Below are positions 1-9,657 of a stretch of DNA of 64,000 nucleotides, piece after piece. Both the position numbers and the translations under genes were made by a program. This DNA comes from an uncultured virus (IMG/VR IMGVR_UViG_3300027782_003801) (lineage: Duplodnaviria > Heunggongvirae > Uroviricota > Caudoviricetes). Each line of letters opens with the position of its first letter. Position 1 is the stretch's first letter. Below the pieces are notes generated by a model. That model was not told the origin of the DNA. It searched no databases and saw only the letters and a list, made by a program, of their open reading frames with translations. The stretch is taken from the IMG/VR virus record IMGVR_UViG_3300027782_003801; one strand, given 5' to 3'.

Positions 1-1
1 C

Positions 2-46
2 GGGGCTTCACAAACAATTAATTACGGTTACATAAAATTATCATAA
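2..46 (+). CDS. 3' end of an upstream gene (partial), probably a virion/fibre protein
   Basis: Open frame GASQTINYGYIKLS-stop at the window edge, directly before the fibre block. Confidence 0.5.
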   Translation, partial: GASQTINYGYIKLS

Positions 47-77
47 TAAAAATATATAAAGAAAAAAATAAAATAAA

Positions 78-2015
78 ATGTCTTTAACCTTTCCCTACCC
101 AGTTTCATCAGGTACAACATTTCAATCAGGAGATTCACCTGTTTACATATATAACGGTTCATATTGGACAATAGATAAAACCAATCGTTCCACATCAGGA
201 ACAAGTGGATTAAGTGGTTCTTCGGGTACCTCAGGTGCTCAGGGTCCAGCAGGTGAAACTTTAACAGTTAAAGGTGTATATTCATCGTATAGTGGTTTAA
301 CAGGTTTAACACCAACAAACTTGGATACATACATAGTTCAAGATACAAGTCATTTATGGATTTATAACCCATCTTCACCATCAGCAAATGGTAGTGGTTG
401 GGTTGATATGGGACAAATACAAGGACCAAAAGGAGAAGATGGAACATCAGGTTCAAGTGGGTCTAACGGTTCTTCAGGAACATCAGGATCATCAGGTGGA
501 ACGGGTTCTTCTGGTTCAAGTGGGTCATCGGGAACTAGTGGATCAAGCGGAAGTTCAGGTTCTAACGGTTCTTCAGGTTCATCGGGGTCTAATGGTTCTT
601 CTGGCTCTAATGGAAGTTCAGGAACATCAGGAACGAGCGGAAGTTCAGGTTCTAACGGTTCTTCAGGTTCATCGGGGTCTAATGGTTCCTCAGGAACAAG
701 TGGAACTAGTGGTTCATCAGGTTCGTCAGGTAGTAATGGAAGTTCAGGAACTAGTGGTTCATCAGGAACTGCCGGTACAAGTGGGTCATCAGGTTCTAGC
801 GGATCTTCAGGAAGTAACGGATCAAGCGGAACTAGTGGTTCATCAGGAACATCAGGTTTAGTAACACTTACAGGTTCAACAGCGGGTGGTTTAATAACAT
901 ATAATGGTTCAGGAACAAACGCAACCGTTCAATCGGGGGTAACATATAGTGGAACAACTTTAACGGCTCCAACAGGTTCATTTGATAATGTAATTGTAAA
1001 CGGACAACCAACAACTTATGGTGTGGCAAATCTCACAACAGGTGTGGTTGCAATTCAATCAACCGCAACGGGAACGATGAATGCAACAGTTGGTAAAGTG
1101 ACTTTATCAAACAGTTATAGTCAAGTGGTTGGAGCCTCAAGTCCAGGAACTACCATCTTTACCCTACCAAGTCTACAACCAGGTACTTACTTGATTACTG
1201 CTCAGGCAAAAGTTAATGGTGGTTATAGTGTAATGGGTATATTTACAGGTGGATCACAGGTTGCTAACACCAGTGTTTTTAATTGGTATCAAGCCAGCGG
1301 TACAGTAAATAACGGACTTCAAGGAACTTGGGTATTAACAGTAACTACACCAACAGTTTATACCATCAATGCTTGGGGTGGAGGAACCGTTCAAGCTGGA
1401 ACTGATGGTACAGCAGTAGCAAACTATATTCAAATCAACCCAACATTTGCACTAACCGCAATTAGTGGTTTAACCACAACAAGTGATGTGAATGTTGGTG
1501 GAAACTTAAATGTTAGTGGGACTTCTACAATAGGGGTAACCCAAGTTTATGCTTGGCCAACAAATGGTGCCACAGGTGGTTATGTTAGACTAGGAACTTG
1601 GACCACAACGTCAAATGCGGGTCAAATGTTGGACATCAAGATGACTTTACACAGTGGATACAATGCTGACCCAACACAGATACAAGTAATAGAATCTGTA
1701 TTTATGTTGTCTAACAACGCCTCTCTTGCGGCAACAGGTAATGGTACTGTTGTTACTGGTTCAGTGTTGGGAACTGGTGTTGCAACTAAATTTAGTAAAT
1801 TAGGTGGAGGAACGGCGTTAACTGGATTGGTGCTGGTTCAAAATTCATCAACTTCATATACAATATGGGCACAAGGAGTGGTTGTATATACAGACAATAG
1901 CATGTACCAAGTAGTTCATGGATATGGGTCCACATGGTCGAATTCTGGAACATTTCAATCGGTGGCTCCAAGTTATGGTAGCAATTATGTTGTTATAACT
2001 CCGCAAACTACATAA
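78..2015 (+). CDS. Virion fibre protein with Gly-X-Y (Ser/Thr/Asn) collagen-like repeat
   Basis: GAQGPAGE and GQIQGPKGEDG collagen motifs, long GSS/GTS/GSN tract, Thr/Gly-rich beta C-terminus. Confidence 0.8.
   Translation: MSLTFPYPVSSGTTFQSGDSPVYIYNGSYWTIDKTNRSTSGTSGLSGSSGTSGAQGPAGETLTVKGVYSSYSGLTGLTPTNLDTYIVQDTSHLWIYNPSSPSANGSGWVDMGQIQGPKGEDGTSGSSGSNGSSGTSGSSGGTGSSGSSGSSGTSGSSGSSGSNGSSGSSGSNGSSGSNGSSGTSGTSGSSGSNGSSGSSGSNGSSGTSGTSGSSGSSGSNGSSGTSGSSGTAGTSGSSGSSGSSGSNGSSGTSGSSGTSGLVTLTGSTAGGLITYNGSGTNATVQSGVTYSGTTLTAPTGSFDNVIVNGQPTTYGVANLTTGVVAIQSTATGTMNATVGKVTLSNSYSQVVGASSPGTTIFTLPSLQPGTYLITAQAKVNGGYSVMGIFTGGSQVANTSVFNWYQASGTVNNGLQGTWVLTVTTPTVYTINAWGGGTVQAGTDGTAVANYIQINPTFALTAISGLTTTSDVNVGGNLNVSGTSTIGVTQVYAWPTNGATGGYVRLGTWTTTSNAGQMLDIKMTLHSGYNADPTQIQVIESVFMLSNNASLAATGNGTVVTGSVLGTGVATKFSKLGGGTALTGLVLVQNSSTSYTIWAQGVVVYTDNSMYQVVHGYGSTWSNSGTFQSVAPSYGSNYVVITPQTT
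439..856 (+). repeat. Gly-X-Y coding repeat (GSS/GTS/GSN)
   Basis: Degenerate 9-nt period such as ggttcatca/ggaactagt; Gly at every third residue. Confidence 0.9.
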
Positions 2016-2063
2016 TTAAATTAAACTTACAAACTATTTTATAGATAACTAAACTATAAAATT

Positions 2064-2095
2064 AAAAAGGAAATCAAAAAAAGATTTCCTTTTTT
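2064..2095 (+). terminator. Intrinsic terminator, possibly bidirectional
   Basis: AAAAAGGAAATC-loop-GATTTCCTTTTTT hairpin downstream of the 78..2015 stop. Confidence 0.75.
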
Positions 2096-2107
2096 ATTTA
2101 TTAAATG

Positions 2108-2114
2108 TATTTAT
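2108..2114 (+). promoter_or_regulatory. TATTTAT putative late-promoter element
   Basis: Same heptamer upstream of genes at 8678, 55476, 57610 and on the minus strand at 48046-48052. Confidence 0.45.
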
Positions 2115-2175
2115 CATAAGACCTACATAGGTCGTTAACCGTGATATATATCACAAGGATTTAGAACACATATAT

Positions 2176-5100
2176 ATGAGTCAAATAGTAAAACTACGCA
2201 GAAGTTCCACTGGTGGGAATAGGCCTACCAACTCCCAATTACAATTAGGAGAATTAGCAATAAACACAACCGACGGTAAATTATATTTTGCCAAATCAGG
2301 ATCATTATCAGCCTCAATAGAGGAAGTTTTAACTACAAATACTCAAAACACAGGTTCATTAAATCTAAGTGGAAGTTTCAATTTACTTGGAACAGAAAAT
2401 ATTACGGGTTCATTAAATGTTACAGGTTCTTTAAGAGTTTTAGGTAACACATCATTAACATCATTAGTCGTTTCGGGTTCTGACCCTGTTGCAAATGTTC
2501 AAGCATTCGTACCTGATAGTTCAGTTTATAACCCTGCAAGTTTCAACACTCCAGATAGAGTTGCAGCAGGTATTCGTTTTAATTGGAGTGGTGAGAATTG
2601 GACGATAGGTGCCGCAAGAGGTGCAACAACCGATGTTGATGGTTTAGTTTTCAGTAGAAATGGTAACAGACAAATGTTACTTGATGAGAATAATAATTTA
2701 GTTCTATCAGGTTCAATTAATTTAACAGGTTCATTTAATATAAACGGTACAGAATATACTAGTACTACAAGTGGTACATCAGGAAGTAACGGAACAAACG
2801 GTTCTTCAGGTTCTAGTGGAAGCAACGGTACAAATGGTAGTTCAGGAACAAGTGGAAGTTCGGGTTCTAACGGAACAGATGGTTCATCTGGCACTTCAGG
2901 TAGTAACGGAACGAATGGTTCTTCAGGTTCTAGTGGTTCTAACGGAACTAACGGTTCATCAGGTTCAAATGGTTCTTCAGGAACATCAGGTTCTAACGGA
3001 ACGAATGGTTCTTCAGGTTCTAGTGGTTCTAGTGGTTCTAACGGAACTAACGGTTCATCAGGTTCAAATGGTTCTTCAGGAACATCAGGTTCAAATGGTT
3101 CATCAGGCTCTTCAGGAACTTCTGGTTCTAGCGGTTCCAACGGAACAAACGGTAGTTCTGGAACTAGTGGGTCTAACGGAACCAACGGTTCATCAGGAAC
3201 ATCAGGAGATAGTTTATTTGCTTTAACAGGTTCAGTTTGGGAAACCACAAATAACGCAAAAGTAAATGGTGATTTAACAATTACAGGAACACTTACAGCA
3301 AAAGAAATTCATACGGCTTTAGTTACATCTTCAGTATTGTATGAATCAGGTTCTACCGCATTTGGTAATACATTAGATGATAATCACAATTTTACTGGTT
3401 CTCTTAATATTACGGGGTCTTTAAGTCTAAACGGACAAACTGTTGGAACAGGAAAGTTAGATACAACAGCATTTAACACATATACAGGTTCAAATACATC
3501 CACATTTGCGGGAACATCATCATTTGCATTAACGGCATCATATGTTGCAAATCCAACTTTAGTTTCAGGTTCAACAAAGAAAACAACTGTTTCGGTAGCA
3601 GCAACAACATGGTCATTGAATCATGCTATGAACGAAAGATTCCCATCAATTACTGTATTTGATAGTGATGGATATGTTGTTATTCCAACAGGAGTTAGAG
3701 CAATCGACGCAAACAATATTGAAGTATATTTTTCACAAGCACAAACGGGTACAGTGATTGCAACTGTCGGTGGTAGTGGTGCGGTTGGAACAACGGGTGC
3801 TTCGGGTACATCAGGAACAAGTGGAGCGGACGGTATCGGTGGTTACACACAAACATATACTTCGGCAACAACATGGTCAGTTGCACACAATTTAGATTTA
3901 GATTATCCAGGAGTAACGGTTTGGGATAGTAATAGAAAAGTTATAATCCCAAGTGAGATAACATCAATAGATTCAAACAATTTACAAATAACATTCCCAT
4001 TTGCACAAGCAGGAGAAGTTCATATAGTGAGAGGTGGACATATGGTAAGTGGTTCACAAGATTTATCTGCAGTTGGAACAATAACACCATCAGCAGATGG
4101 TTTATATAATTTAGGTAGTTCATCAAAGCAATTTAATAATGTTTATATTTCAGGTAGTCTTTTAGTAAATGGAGTACCGTTTAGTGGTGGAGGTTCAAAT
4201 ACAAGTGGTACTTCAGGAATTAATGGAACATCAGGAACAAGTGGTATTAACGGAACCAATGGTTCATCAGGTACCTCAGGCACTAACGGAACATCAGGAA
4301 CAAATGGAACTAGTGGAACTAGTGGAAGTAATGGAACAAATGGTTCATCAGGAACAAGTCCAATCGTTGATTTAGGTTCGTTAGCAACAACAGGTTCTAA
4401 TACCTTTAAAGGAACACAAACATTCAGTGGGTCAATTGTACCTGTTGGAAGTGGTTCTTTTGATTTAGGTACCGCAGCAAATCCATTTAGGCACTTATAC
4501 TTATCAAGTGCATCGTTATACATTGACGGACAAAAAGTTTTGGGTAGCACAAACCAAGAATTACAGATTACAACCGATACAGGTCAATCAATTAAGATAT
4601 TAGAACAAGGTACTGATACAATTACATTACAAAGTGCCGACGGTGATATTCAATTAAAGTCATCAGGTGGAGGTAATGTATTATTAGACCCAACAAATGG
4701 TGTAATTGATTTAAGAGGTACAGTACAAGTTCAAGACGGTAATAAAATAACAAGTTCAGGAGCAACTAAAGTTGTTTTTGGAAATGATATTGAGGTAACG
4801 GGTTCAATTAGAACAAGTGGTACATTAATTGTAAATGGGGTTTCATTCTCAGCAATGACTTCAGGAACATCAGGGTCTAGCGGAAGTAATGGTACAAATG
4901 GATCATCAGGTTCTAGTGGAACTAGTGGTTCTAACGGAAGTTCTGGAACATCAGGTAGTAATGGAACTAATGGTTCTTCAGGTACATCAGGTTCTAACGG
5001 AACCAACGGTTCTTCGGGTAGTTCAGGTTCTAATGGAACAAATGGTTCTTCAGGAACGTCAATTACAACATCAGGTACCAACAATAAAGTAGTTAAATTT

Positions 5101-6114
5101 ACTTCCACATCAACAGTTGGTGATTCACAAATTACCGATGATGGTACAACAGTAACAATACCTGGTTCATTAGTAGTTCAAGGTAATTTAACAGCTCAAC
5201 AATATATTGTAAGTTCATCTGTATTATATGTTACAGAATCTTATGCGTCAGGTTCAAATAATTTTGGAAACACATTTGACGATTATCATAATGTTACAGG
5301 TAGTTTGAATATTACGGGTTCATTATCAATAAATGGAACATCATATACTGCAGCAACATCAGGAACAAGTGGAAGTAACGGTACAAACGGTTCTTCAGGT
5401 AGTTCAGGTTCATCAGGTTCTAATGGAAGTTCAGGAACTAGCGGAAGTAACGGTACAAATGGTAGTTCAGGTTCATCAGGTTCATCAGGTTCTAGCGGTA
5501 GTAACGGAACGAATGGTTCATCAGGTTCTAGCGGTAGTAACGGAACGAATGGTTCATCAGGTTCTAGCGGTAGTAACGGAACTAACGGTTCATCTGGTTC
5601 TAACGGTACAAATGGTAGTTCAGGTTCATCTGGTTCTAACGGTACAAATGGTAGTTCAGGTACTTCAGGTTCTAATGGAACCAACGGTTCATCAGGTAGT
5701 TCAGGTAGTAACGGAACCAACGGTTCATCAGGTACTTCAGGTTCTAATGGAACCAACGGTTCTTCGGGTTCTAGTGGTACAACAACAATAACAAATGCGG
5801 TTGATAATAGAGTAATGACAAGTGTTGGTGGTGTTACATTAAATGCTGAAGCCAATTTAACATTTGACGGTTCAACATTAACGGTGGCAGGTAACGTGTT
5901 ACCTGAAGCAAATGGAACAAGAGATTTAGGTTCAACATCATATCGTTGGAGTACAGTTTATACATCGGATTTATCCTTAAACAACGGAATTGGTGATTGG
6001 ACGATAGTGGAAGGTGAAGATGATTTATTCTTATATAATAATAAGAAGGGTAAAGTATATAAGTTTGCTTTAACCGAAGTTGACCCTAATGTTGCCACTC
6101 CTAAAAAATCTTAA
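2176..6114 (+). CDS. Large tail fibre protein with multiple Gly-X-Y tracts
   Basis: N-terminal IVKLRRS..P...L..GELAINTTDGKLY fibre-attachment motif; four GSSGTSGSNGTN tracts; C-terminal DLSLNN..DWTIVEGEDDLFL.NNK.GK.YKF.LTEV typical of phage fibres. Confidence 0.85.
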   Translation: MSQIVKLRRSSTGGNRPTNSQLQLGELAINTTDGKLYFAKSGSLSASIEEVLTTNTQNTGSLNLSGSFNLLGTENITGSLNVTGSLRVLGNTSLTSLVVSGSDPVANVQAFVPDSSVYNPASFNTPDRVAAGIRFNWSGENWTIGAARGATTDVDGLVFSRNGNRQMLLDENNNLVLSGSINLTGSFNINGTEYTSTTSGTSGSNGTNGSSGSSGSNGTNGSSGTSGSSGSNGTDGSSGTSGSNGTNGSSGSSGSNGTNGSSGSNGSSGTSGSNGTNGSSGSSGSSGSNGTNGSSGSNGSSGTSGSNGSSGSSGTSGSSGSNGTNGSSGTSGSNGTNGSSGTSGDSLFALTGSVWETTNNAKVNGDLTITGTLTAKEIHTALVTSSVLYESGSTAFGNTLDDNHNFTGSLNITGSLSLNGQTVGTGKLDTTAFNTYTGSNTSTFAGTSSFALTASYVANPTLVSGSTKKTTVSVAATTWSLNHAMNERFPSITVFDSDGYVVIPTGVRAIDANNIEVYFSQAQTGTVIATVGGSGAVGTTGASGTSGTSGADGIGGYTQTYTSATTWSVAHNLDLDYPGVTVWDSNRKVIIPSEITSIDSNNLQITFPFAQAGEVHIVRGGHMVSGSQDLSAVGTITPSADGLYNLGSSSKQFNNVYISGSLLVNGVPFSGGGSNTSGTSGINGTSGTSGINGTNGSSGTSGTNGTSGTNGTSGTSGSNGTNGSSGTSPIVDLGSLATTGSNTFKGTQTFSGSIVPVGSGSFDLGTAANPFRHLYLSSASLYIDGQKVLGSTNQELQITTDTGQSIKILEQGTDTITLQSADGDIQLKSSGGGNVLLDPTNGVIDLRGTVQVQDGNKITSSGATKVVFGNDIEVTGSIRTSGTLIVNGVSFSAMTSGTSGSSGSNGTNGSSGSSGTSGSNGSSGTSGSNGTNGSSGTSGSNGTNGSSGSSGSNGTNGSSGTSITTSGTNNKVVKFTSTSTVGDSQITDDGTTVTIPGSLVVQGNLTAQQYIVSSSVLYVTESYASGSNNFGNTFDDYHNVTGSLNITGSLSINGTSYTAATSGTSGSNGTNGSSGSSGSSGSNGSSGTSGSNGTNGSSGSSGSSGSSGSNGTNGSSGSSGSNGTNGSSGSSGSNGTNGSSGSNGTNGSSGSSGSNGTNGSSGTSGSNGTNGSSGSSGSNGTNGSSGTSGSNGTNGSSGSSGTTTITNAVDNRVMTSVGGVTLNAEANLTFDGSTLTVAGNVLPEANGTRDLGSTSYRWSTVYTSDLSLNNGIGDWTIVEGEDDLFLYNNKKGKVYKFALTEVDPNVATPKKS

Positions 6115-6117
6115 GAG

Positions 6118-7026
6118 ATGGGAATAAATACATTAGGTGATATTACAATGTCGGGAACTGGTTCATTAAGACTCCCCCAAGGTACAACAGCACAAAGACC
6201 TGGTTCACCAAGTGCCGGTATGAGTAGATTTAATACAACTATTTCTAAACCTGAAATTTATAATGGTACTATATGGGTAATCGTGGGAGCAAGTGGTGAT
6301 GGTTCGTCATATTCTAATGCAGCATCATCGGCTAAATCAATTAAAGCCATAGTTGGAAATCCATCAAGTGGAATATATTGGTTACAAGTTGCCAATGTTA
6401 ATAGTGGTAACCCATTTCAATGTTATTGTGATTTTACAATGGATGGTGGTGTTGGATATGCAATAATTTTCAATCAATATTTTACAGGTGCAGAAACAGG
6501 CCCGTCACATGCAAATTTTGCCGCATCAACCATATCAACTGCAGGGTTTGATACCGAATATCAAATATCTCCAACAGCAATGGTAACAAACTATGGTTTA
6601 ACAAAATTAGCAGTGTTCGCAAGAACAGGAGGAAGTTCTAGTAATGGTATTACTGGTGCAACATATTATAACTGGGTGTCATTTACAGGACCAACCACAA
6701 CACAATTTAATAATATATTCACCAATGGATATAGTTCAAACCAATTTACAGGAACATTTAATTCGTCAGACGGAAATACTGGAACAGCGTATTTTCCTAA
6801 TAGTCATGGTAATACTGGAGGTGTAACTCAAATTACAACCGGTGCTAGTACTGTTAATACTAATACACTTTATGAATACAATGCTAATGGTGGATCCGAC
6901 CCTAATCACTTTTGGATGGTACTAAATGGTAGGGATGGTGATACATATTGGGTTGTTAATACTAGATATGGTAGTAGTAGTGGTAACGTAATGTATAATA
7001 GATGGGGAGGAGTTGCACTTTATTAA
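6118..7026 (+). CDS. Virion protein with fibrinogen-like domain
   Basis: LPQGTTAQRP..G..RFNTT N-terminal fibre motif; SGIYWL...PFQCYCDFTMDGG fibrinogen C-terminal-like start. Confidence 0.7.
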   Translation: MGINTLGDITMSGTGSLRLPQGTTAQRPGSPSAGMSRFNTTISKPEIYNGTIWVIVGASGDGSSYSNAASSAKSIKAIVGNPSSGIYWLQVANVNSGNPFQCYCDFTMDGGVGYAIIFNQYFTGAETGPSHANFAASTISTAGFDTEYQISPTAMVTNYGLTKLAVFARTGGSSSNGITGATYYNWVSFTGPTTTQFNNIFTNGYSSNQFTGTFNSSDGNTGTAYFPNSHGNTGGVTQITTGASTVNTNTLYEYNANGGSDPNHFWMVLNGRDGDTYWVVNTRYGSSSGNVMYNRWGGVALY

Positions 7027-7036
7027 AATATAAAAA

Positions 7037-7291
7037 ATGGAAAAGACAGCATACGATTATTATTTAGAATCCACAGATAAAGAAAATTTTATTGTTGAAA
7101 AAACAATAGAATGGAAATTACCTGAAGGAGATTTAGTTAAAATATTGATATCACAATGTAAGGAAATTAGAAAATTAAATTATCCACCTATTGAAGATTA
7201 TATTGACGGAGTTGTAAAAAATAATCAAGAACAAATAGATACATATATAAACGAATGTTTAAGTGTTAAACAACAATACCCTAAACCATAA
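7037..7291 (+). CDS. Small fibre-assembly chaperone-like protein
   Basis: R...YPPIEDYIDG.VK......YI..CL.VK..YPKP motif of small proteins that follow phage fibre genes. Confidence 0.55.
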   Translation: MEKTAYDYYLESTDKENFIVEKTIEWKLPEGDLVKILISQCKEIRKLNYPPIEDYIDGVVKNNQEQIDTYINECLSVKQQYPKP

Positions 7292-7294
7292 AAG

Positions 7295-8383
7295 ATGCCA
7301 ATTAATAATGCAGGAAATGAAAATATTGGAGGTAATTCAATTGTTACCGGTTCAGTTTCTATAGGTGGTATAACACCTTTAACTGCATTAGATGTATCCA
7401 ATTCAGGAGTTGGTGGAACACAAACTGGAAGTTTAGTGACATTAAGAGGTGGAAATAGCTCTAGTACGTTTAATTCAAATCAAATTATTTTAACATATGC
7501 AGGAACTAATCAATATGCTCATGCAATAAAAACAAGACACCATTCTGGTGATTATGTAAATGCAATTGATTTTTATGTTTGGAAATATCTAACTGATACC
7601 ACAACTACAGTTGGCTCACAACATGTAATGACATTAATACAAGGAGGTGTATCGTCTGCTGATACTGGTAGAGTTGGAATTGGTACAAATGCTCCGGCGG
7701 CTAAGTTGGAAATTGCAAGTTTGGCAAATAGAAATATTTTACTTGGAAATTCTACAAATAATACAAATTATAATGTTATTTCATTAACGGGAACGTTAGC
7801 AGATTCTGGTTTTGTTGGATTTGCAGGAGGTGCAACATCAGATAATAGTTTATACATAACAGCACAAAATTCTTTGATTTTTAGACCTAATGGTACAACA
7901 CAAAGAATGATTCTAAACTCTAGCGGATATTTAACAATATCAAACCAACCCTCATTTCAAGTTCATAGAGGTGCAGGTGCAAACTATACAATTACTAATA
8001 GTTCAGATACTACAGTTTTACCATTTAATACTGTAAGACATGACACAACAAGTAGTTATAACACATCTAACTATAGATTTACAGCACCAATTGCTGGTAA
8101 ATATTTATTTACCGCAACCGTAAGATGGGATGGTTCTTCTGGAGGGTCATATTTAAGAACTTTCTTTACGGTTAATGGTTCGTCAGGTCAAGGGGGTTCT
8201 GCATTTAACTACGGACATCAAATTATGGGACCTAGTGGGTATTCATCTAATTATCAATCATTAACAATTTCAGCAGTTATAAGTTTGGCAGCAAATGATT
8301 ATGTTTCAGTTGTTGGAGGGATAAACTCTGGAACAACGGATATGCACGCTGAAAGTCAATGGAGCGGACAACTTTTAGGATAA
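7295..8383 (+). CDS. Virion fibre protein with C-terminal C1q-like domain
   Basis: VGIGTNAPAAKLEI repeats; PSF.V...FN....YN.SNYRFTAPIAGKYLF...L.ANDYV...WSGQLLG C1q signature. Confidence 0.8.
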   Translation: MPINNAGNENIGGNSIVTGSVSIGGITPLTALDVSNSGVGGTQTGSLVTLRGGNSSSTFNSNQIILTYAGTNQYAHAIKTRHHSGDYVNAIDFYVWKYLTDTTTTVGSQHVMTLIQGGVSSADTGRVGIGTNAPAAKLEIASLANRNILLGNSTNNTNYNVISLTGTLADSGFVGFAGGATSDNSLYITAQNSLIFRPNGTTQRMILNSSGYLTISNQPSFQVHRGAGANYTITNSSDTTVLPFNTVRHDTTSSYNTSNYRFTAPIAGKYLFTATVRWDGSSGGSYLRTFFTVNGSSGQGGSAFNYGHQIMGPSGYSSNYQSLTISAVISLAANDYVSVVGGINSGTTDMHAESQWSGQLLG

Positions 8384-8401
8384 AATTAAAATATAAATAA
8401 T

Positions 8402-8671
8402 ATGAATAACTATACAGTAACACTTACAGACACAGAAAAATCAGCAATGGAATATGTTGCTTATGAACCACAAGAATGGATTGAAAATGCTTTTAAACAA
8501 AGAGCAAAAATCGCAATTGATGAAATTGTAAAAATTGCAGTTGAAAAGTTTTTGGAAATAAATGAATCAATACCCGGTTCTAAAGATGAAATTGTTTTTC
8601 AAGCATATAGTAGAGGTTGGGTTAATACGGTAAAATATTATGAAGATAATAAAGTTCAACCAACTGAATAA
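8402..8671 (+). CDS. Hypothetical virion-associated protein
   Basis: Clean ORF in the structural block following the C1q gene. Confidence 0.6.
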   Translation: MNNYTVTLTDTEKSAMEYVAYEPQEWIENAFKQRAKIAIDEIVKIAVEKFLEINESIPGSKDEIVFQAYSRGWVNTVKYYEDNKVQPTE

Positions 8672-8688
8672 AACAAATATTTATCAAT

Positions 8689-8937
8689 ATGGAAAATAGA
8701 AAATATATAATTTTTAATGTCAGTGAATTAGATAAAATTGACTTTAATCAAGTTCAAGAAACATCAGTAGATACAATTAGAAAATCTGTTGATGAAACAT
8801 TAACGTTTGTGAAATATGATGGAGATGAAATGCCGTCAAGTGTATTATCTTTAACAACAAAACAAGGACCATACACACAAACGGAAATACTTGAAATAAT
8901 AAACACACCTAAATGGTCGGTAGAAATAACACCTTAG
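8689..8937 (+). CDS. Hypothetical virion-associated protein
   Basis: Clean ORF preceded by TATTTAT, directly before the LamG genes. Confidence 0.6.
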   Translation: MENRKYIIFNVSELDKIDFNQVQETSVDTIRKSVDETLTFVKYDGDEMPSSVLSLTTKQGPYTQTEILEIINTPKWSVEITP

Positions 8938-8940
8938 AAT

Positions 8941-9645
8941 ATGCCTTTAAATATAAGTGGAAGTATTGTTAATAGTTCTATTGCTAGTACATTAAATTAC
9001 AAAAGTATTGTTACAAGAGGATTGAGTATTCATTTCGACGCATCTGCAAAAGATTCGTATCCCGAAACAGGAACTAGTTGGTTTGATTTAGTTAAATCTT
9101 CAACTGGCACTTTAACAAATGGACCCACTTATAGTTCATCCAATGGTGGATCAATATTATTTGATGGAACAAACGATAGAGTATCAACCGGTTTATTCCC
9201 AAGTGGAGTTAGGTCATATATGATTTGGATTAAATATAATTCTGCAACAGGTACCGGTGGATATCAGCTAACAGGAACACAACAAGGTGATGCGTATACA
9301 TACACCGGTAGACAAGATAATGGTAACCCATATACATATGGTGGAAGCGGTGGTAGTGGTGGTGCAACCACAAGTTATACGTTAAACACTGCAACTTGGT
9401 ACTACCAAGGATTTACATTGGCATCCAATGGTGATTTAGGTATATATGTGAATGGTTCTTTATTAGAAACCAAAACAGGAAATGGATTAGGATCAACACC
9501 AACTAGTGAATTTTCAATCGGATGTATAAATCAAAATCATTGGGTAAATGGAAATATAGCTGTGGTTCATCTTTACGATAGAGTATTATCTACGGCTGAA
9601 GTTTTACAAAACTATAACGCACAAAAATCAAGATTTGGATATTAA
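8941..9645 (+). CDS. LamG/concanavalin A-like lectin domain virion protein
   Basis: GL..HFDA...SYP..GT.W.DL, FDGTND, YVNG, GNIA.V..YDR.LS..EV.QNYNA.K.RFG. Confidence 0.85.
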   Translation: MPLNISGSIVNSSIASTLNYKSIVTRGLSIHFDASAKDSYPETGTSWFDLVKSSTGTLTNGPTYSSSNGGSILFDGTNDRVSTGLFPSGVRSYMIWIKYNSATGTGGYQLTGTQQGDAYTYTGRQDNGNPYTYGGSGGSGGATTSYTLNTATWYYQGFTLASNGDLGIYVNGSLLETKTGNGLGSTPTSEFSIGCINQNHWVNGNIAVVHLYDRVLSTAEVLQNYNAQKSRFGY

Positions 9646-9657
9646 ATAATATAAACT

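Noticed and set aside
2770..5780. Repeat arrays as a possible CRISPR array or DGR template/variable repeats
   Set aside because: They are in-frame degenerate coding repeats without unique spacers; no cas or reverse transcriptase gene and no adenine-specific mismatch pattern seen
388..5855. Long alternative-frame and antisense ORFs (VLQVHQV..., PEEPLVPLEP...) over the fibre repeats, also at 55962-56984
   Set aside because: They are shadows of the stop-poor Gly-X-Y codon repeats, with no independent coding signal
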